The translations under genes and the position numbers were made by a program. A stretch of DNA of 32,000 bases from Raphidiopsis brookii D9 (lineage in GTDB: Bacteria; Cyanobacteriota; Cyanobacteriia; Cyanobacteriales; Nostocaceae), in assembly GCA_000175855.1 (NCBI GenBank), contig ACYB01000022.1:60001-92000 (forward strand), read 5' to 3'. Below are positions 28,360 to 32,000 of the stretch, piece by piece (within the stretch, counting starts at the first letter, position 1; each line of letters opens with the position of its first letter). The notes below the pieces were generated by a model. The model searched no databases. It worked only from the letters and a program-made list of their open reading frames with translations, and was not told where the DNA came from.

Positions 28360-29844
28360 ATGACAGAAATGATAACTCGGACTAGTGACACAGAATTATT
28401 AAATTGGACTGGTGATACCCTGGGTATTGGACTATTTGAAGATGCAGTAGAGCTGAAAGACGACCTAGCAACTCTCAACCAGAAATACGGGGGAGTTTTC
28501 TCAGAAGTCATCGCTGAAGAAGAGTTCACCGGTAAAGCTAATACTACAGTGGTCATTCGTGTGGGAACCCACTCCCCCATTCGTAAGGTAATTTTTATCG
28601 GTTTAGGAAAAGTAGATACACTGAAACTAGAAACCCTGCGCATAGCGGGTGCAACCCTTGCTAGAACCGCTAAAAAGCAAAAAACTAAAATCCTGGGTAT
28701 TAGTTTTCCAATATACAATAATCAACCAGCAGCTACCGCCCAAGCTATTACAGAAGGTGCCCAATTAGCACTTTATCAAGATATTCGGTTCAAATCAGAA
28801 CCAGAAGATAAGAATCCCTCTATTGAGACCATTGACCTATTAAATTTATCGGGACAACAACCAGCTATCACCCGCGCAGAACAAATTGTTTCCGGAGTGA
28901 TTTTAGCTCGGGAGTTGGTAGCAGCTCCAGCTAATGCTGTCACACCTATTACCATGGCACAAACTGCTCAAGCGATCGCCCAGGAACATGGTTTGGAACT
29001 AAAAATTCTGGAACAAGAAGACTGTGAAAAACTGGGTATGGGAGCATATTTAGGCGTAGCACAAGCTTCCGACCTTCCACCCAAGTTTATTCACCTCATC
29101 TATAAACCCCCAACCACCCCTAAACGTAAACTAGCTATTATTGGTAAGGGTCTTACTTTTGATTCTGGTGGTTTGAATATTAAAGGAGCTGGTAGCGGAA
29201 TTGAAACTATGAAAATTGACATGGGTGGAGCTGCTGCTACTCTTGGTGCTGCTAAAGCTATAGGTCAGATTAAACCAGATGTAGAAGTTCACTTCATATC
29301 AGCAGTTACTGAAAATATGATTAGCGGCAAAGCTATGCACCCAGGAGATATCCTCAAGGCATCTAATGGCAAAACTATCGAAGTAAATAACACCGATGCG
29401 GAAGGGCGTTTAACCCTAGCTGATGCTCTAGTGTATACCGATCAGTTAGGTCTGGATGCCATGGTAGATCTAGCAACCCTCACGGGCGCTTGTGTGGTAG
29501 CTTTAGGCGATGATATTGCTGGCTTATTTACCCCTAATGATAATATAGCATCTCAATTGCAAACCGCTGCTGAGTCTTCTGGAGAAAAGATTTGGCGGAT
29601 GCCAATGGAAGAAAAATATTTTGAAGGGTTAAAATCAGGTATTGCTGATATGAAAAACACCGGACCCCGCTACGGTGGTTCTATTACAGCTGCTCTATTT
29701 CTAAAGCAGTTTGTTAAAAATACACCATGGGCACATCTGGATATAGCCGGACCTGTGTGGGCTGATAAAGAAACTGGCTACAATAGTGCTGGAGCAACTG
29801 GTTTTGGTGTGAGAACCTTGGTCAATTGGATTGAGAGTGATTAA
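28360..29844 (+). CDS. pepA: Leucyl aminopeptidase (M17 family)
   Basis: 494 aa with the M17 signature [14 protein letters not shown] and metal-ligand contexts ([16 protein letters not shown]). Confidence 0.93.
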   Translation: MTEMITRTSDTELLNWTGDTLGIGLFEDAVELKDDLATLNQKYGGVFSEVIAEEEFTGKANTTVVIRVGTHSPIRKVIFIGLGKVDTLKLETLRIAGATLARTAKKQKTKILGISFPIYNNQPAATAQAITEGAQLALYQDIRFKSEPEDKNPSIETIDLLNLSGQQPAITRAEQIVSGVILARELVAAPANAVTPITMAQTAQAIAQEHGLELKILEQEDCEKLGMGAYLGVAQASDLPPKFIHLIYKPPTTPKRKLAIIGKGLTFDSGGLNIKGAGSGIETMKIDMGGAAATLGAAKAIGQIKPDVEVHFISAVTENMISGKAMHPGDILKASNGKTIEVNNTDAEGRLTLADALVYTDQLGLDAMVDLATLTGACVVALGDDIAGLFTPNDNIASQLQTAAESSGEKIWRMPMEEKYFEGLKSGIADMKNTGPRYGGSITAALFLKQFVKNTPWAHLDIAGPVWADKETGYNSAGATGFGVRTLVNWIESD

Positions 29845-29846
29845 AT

Positions 29847-30380
29847 CTAGTATTTTTGTGCTAATATTTCTCTGGGAATTGATTTCAAAAGTTCAGTATT
29901 GACACCAGATTCGCGAGTGAGAGAAATTTTACCTGTGCGAGCAATTTCCTTCAAACCGAATTTTTGTAAAACCTGAACAATTGCTACCATTTTCCCAGGG
30001 TCTCCTACTACTTCTATGGTAAGAGAATCTTCTGCTACATCAACTACCCTAGCACGGAAAATTTGAGCCAGTTCCACCACTTCGGATCTGTTAGTGCTAT
30101 TGGCATTTACCTTTAAGAGCATCAACTCCCGCTCTACACAGGGAGTTTCTGTAACATCTTGTACCTTTAATACATTAATCAATTTATATAATTGCTTAGT
30201 TATTTGTTCAATTACGCGGTCATCTCCAGGTACCACCATAGTAATGCGGGATATTCCCTCTTGTTCAGCAGGACCAACAGCCAAGCTTTCAATGTTAAAG
30301 CCACGACGCGCAAATAAACTAGCAATGCGAGACAAAACTCCCGCTTCATCTTCTACAAGAACTGAAAGAGTATGTTTCAT
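29847..30380 (-). CDS. ilvH: Acetolactate synthase small (regulatory) subunit
   Basis: [37 protein letters not shown] forms the ACT domain. I used the ATG at 30380; the track start at 30389 is TTG. Its stop lies 2 nt from the pepA stop, in convergent orientation. Confidence 0.92.
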   Translation of the reverse strand: MKHTLSVLVEDEAGVLSRIASLFARRGFNIESLAVGPAEQEGISRITMVVPGDDRVIEQITKQLYKLINVLKVQDVTETPCVERELMLLKVNANSTNRSEVVELAQIFRARVVDVAEDSLTIEVVGDPGKMVAIVQVLQKFGLKEIARTGKISLTRESGVNTELLKSIPREILAQKY

Positions 30381-30469
30381 GTTCGTCAAAATGGAATGGA
30401 TAACTAATAACAGACCGATTATAGTAGAGATGATAACAAACTACTATAATCGCGGTTCAAATTATTCCG

Positions 30470-30712
30470 ATGGCTAGAAAACAAAAGTTTCCTTATTTAC
30501 TAGGTTCTAAGTGGACAGCTCAACAAAAAGTGGATGGTTGGAGACACTTTCAAGTTGTTAATCGTAAAAATCAAGGTAACTGGGTATATGCGGAAATAGT
30601 AGCTGCATGTGATCCAAAGGTGCGTTTTTGGATAAATGCCAAACTATTACAGGACAATTCCCAATGGCACCCAGGTTGGCAATCTTTAACAGAAATCAAC
30701 AATAAGATGTAG
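30470..30712 (+). CDS. Small Trp-rich conserved hypothetical protein (TIGR02450-like)
   Basis: 80 aa with a KWTA...GWRHFQV...W..W pattern. The family name is from memory and was not verified. Confidence 0.6.
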   Translation: MARKQKFPYLLGSKWTAQQKVDGWRHFQVVNRKNQGNWVYAEIVAACDPKVRFWINAKLLQDNSQWHPGWQSLTEINNKM

Positions 30713-30735
30713 TAGCACTTAGCGATCGCCTTTAT

Positions 30736-30761
30736 CCATAATTCCCAAACAGGAATTATGG
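30736..30761 (+). terminator. Hairpin downstream of the Trp-rich protein gene
   Basis: CCATAATTCC (30736-30745) and GGAATTATGG (30752-30761) form a perfect 10-bp stem with a 6-nt loop, 24 nt after the stop. No U-tract follows. Confidence 0.4.
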
Positions 30762-31157
30762 GGGATATTATTCTATCTTAATAATAATTTACATAAAAGC
30801 TCAACCTAGTATTAAATCTCCCTAATCCCCATATTTGGGTCTTCCCATCCTACCACTTAGCTGGATTACCCCCCATAATGGCTAATTTGTTTTTTGTAAC
30901 TATTTTATATTAAAAGTAATAAAAACTTGATTTAAGGCTAAATATAGAGATTTTTTAAAATTTAAGGGACATTTAAACCGTAAAAAATCAGTTTTGCTTG
31001 TAAATTCTACATTTAGAGCAGATTTTCGTATTTGATTGCCCTTTGCTTTATAGGGAACTTGCATAATAATGACAATCACAGACCCTAAGAAATTGCCTGG
31101 TAAAAACCCAGGATCTTTGTGGAACCCAAAAGAAAAACTATTGAGAGATGACAAATT

Positions 31158-32000
31158 ATGAAATTAGCAGTTTATGGAAAGGGCGGTATTGGTAAATCTA
31201 CAACCAGCTGTAACATATCCGTGGCCCTTGCCAAACGGGGTAAAAAGGTACTACAAATTGGCTGTGACCCAAAACATGACAGCACTTTTACCCTGACCGG
31301 GTTTTTGATTCCCACCATCATTGACACCCTGCAAGAAAAAGACTATCACTATGAAGATGTGTGGCCAGAGGATGTCATTTACCCTGGATATGGTGGTGTT
31401 GACTGTGTAGAAGCTGGTGGTCCACCCGCAGGTGCAGGATGTGGTGGTTATGTGGTAGGTGAAACTGTCAAACTCTTAAAGGAACTCAATGCTTTTGATG
31501 AGTATGATGTAATTCTATTTGATGTTTTGGGTGATGTGGTTTGTGGTGGTTTTGCTGCACCTCTAAACTATGCTGACTACTGTTTAATTGTCACTGACAA
31601 TGGTTTTGATGCACTCTTTGCTGCTAATCGGATTGCTGCTTCTGTCCGTGAAAAAGCCAGAACTCACCCCTTACGTTTAGCAGGTTTAATCGGTAATCGC
31701 ACCGCGAAACGGGATTTAATCGAGAAGTATGTAGAAGCAGTGCCAATGCCTGTATTAGAGGTATTGCCATTGATTGAAGATATTCGTGTTTCTCGTGTTA
31801 AGGGTAAAACCCTGTTTGAAATGGCAGAATCAGACCCCTCTCTCAATTATGTTTGTGACTATTATTTGAGCATTGCTGACCAAATTTTAGCTCAACCAGA
31901 GGGGGTTGTTCCCAGTGATGCTCCTGATCGGGAATTATTTTCCCTGTTGTCAGATTTCTATTTAAATCCCACTAAACCACAGACTAATAACCAGGAACAA
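31158..32000 (+). CDS. chlL: Light-independent protochlorophyllide reductase iron-sulfur ATP-binding protein ChlL, 3'-truncated by the window edge
   Basis: It is absent from the track because no stop falls inside the window. From ATG 31158 it reads [42 protein letters not shown], with a P-loop and the NifH-like cluster Cys contexts ([13 protein letters not shown]). 281 codons are open to base 32000. Confidence 0.95.
   Translation, partial: MKLAVYGKGGIGKSTTSCNISVALAKRGKKVLQIGCDPKHDSTFTLTGFLIPTIIDTLQEKDYHYEDVWPEDVIYPGYGGVDCVEAGGPPAGAGCGGYVVGETVKLLKELNAFDEYDVILFDVLGDVVCGGFAAPLNYADYCLIVTDNGFDALFAANRIAASVREKARTHPLRLAGLIGNRTAKRDLIEKYVEAVPMPVLEVLPLIEDIRVSRVKGKTLFEMAESDPSLNYVCDYYLSIADQILAQPEGVVPSDAPDRELFSLLSDFYLNPTKPQTNNQEQ

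Larger units (their letters stand above)
5276..30729. repeat. Dispersed HIP1 octamer palindromes (GCGATCGC), at least 15 exact copies
   Basis: By manual scan, copies start at 5276, 6333, 6726, 12694, 16601, 18028, 21394, 21640, 22211, 22429, 23671, 24536, 28146, 28972 and 30722. A 7/8 copy lies at 22410. Confidence 0.9.

Noticed and set aside
30900-31154. 84-aa minus-strand ORF in the chlL upstream region.
   Set aside because: It lies in a very AT-rich region. The product is Phe/Lys/Asn-rich with no motif, and the ORF has no ribosome-binding site. It occupies the likely chlL promoter/leader, so it is probably spurious.
1001-31846. The many 60-135-aa track ORFs lying inside or antisense to larger genes. 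Examples are 1001-1186, 1746-2009, 2506-2715, 3334-3522, 3564-3749, 3933-4181, 4255-4566, 4735-5112, 5512-5799 and 5802-5996. Further examples are 8033-8287, 8721-8924, 11576-11803, 13173-13418, 13729-14031, 14756-15031, 16819-17001, 17630-17818 and 20480-20662. The rest are 21184-21459, 21890-22075, 23007-23189, 25807-26010, 26371-26556, 28311-28718, 30094-30477 and 31664-31846.
   Set aside because: Each overlaps a longer ORF that has clear family motifs. Their translations are low-complexity or compositionally odd, with no recognisable motifs, typical of shadow frames.
1-32000. Window-wide check for CRISPR arrays, rRNA or tRNA genes, transposases, integrases, phage genes or known defence systems.
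   Set aside because: I saw no regularly spaced direct repeats, no tRNA or rRNA signatures, and no transposase- or integrase-like ORFs. The NYN-domain gene and the PD-(D/E)XK-like gene stand alone, without the partner genes expected of defence or toxin-antitoxin modules.

Overview
This window looks like ordinary chromosomal sequence from a cyanobacterium. At least 15 exact HIP1 octamers (GCGATCGC) are dispersed through it. It also carries chlorophyll and photosystem genes: acsF, chlL, and an unlisted psb30/ycf12. The AT-rich composition and protein sequences resemble filamentous Nostocales-type genomes, but that is a guess made without a search. Gene content is mostly housekeeping. It comprises lnt (5' partial), a DUF1995-like protein, an OYE flavin oxidoreductase, ubiD, hspA, a stand-alone type II thioesterase and acsF. 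It continues with phnDCE, cysH, sbcD, an APC permease with a soluble tail, recJ, psb30, a YkgJ Cys-cluster protein and a split UPF0016/GDT1 pair. The remainder is an LptC/OstA-like lipoprotein, a NYN/LabA-like protein, metG, an alpha/beta hydrolase, pepA, ilvH, a Trp-rich small protein and chlL (3' partial). I found no CRISPR array, tRNA, rRNA, transposase or recognisable defence island. Six observations deserve a second look. (1) A translationally coupled zinc-ribbon protein and a tandem-duplicated winged-helix-like protein of unknown function lie at 5833-7105. This is the best candidate for something undescribed, on sequence-pattern evidence only. (2) sbcD is broken by two compensating 1-nt indels in T runs that enclose an in-frame stop. 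(3) The first gene of the UPF0016 pair is frameshifted in a T6 run. (4) A PD-(D/E)XK-like orphan sits between phnD and cysH. (5) hspA has a triplicated 27-nt N-terminal repeat. (6) Two unusually long perfect or near-perfect hairpins lie in the spacer upstream of recJ. All family assignments come from motif recognition by eye; no database search was run.
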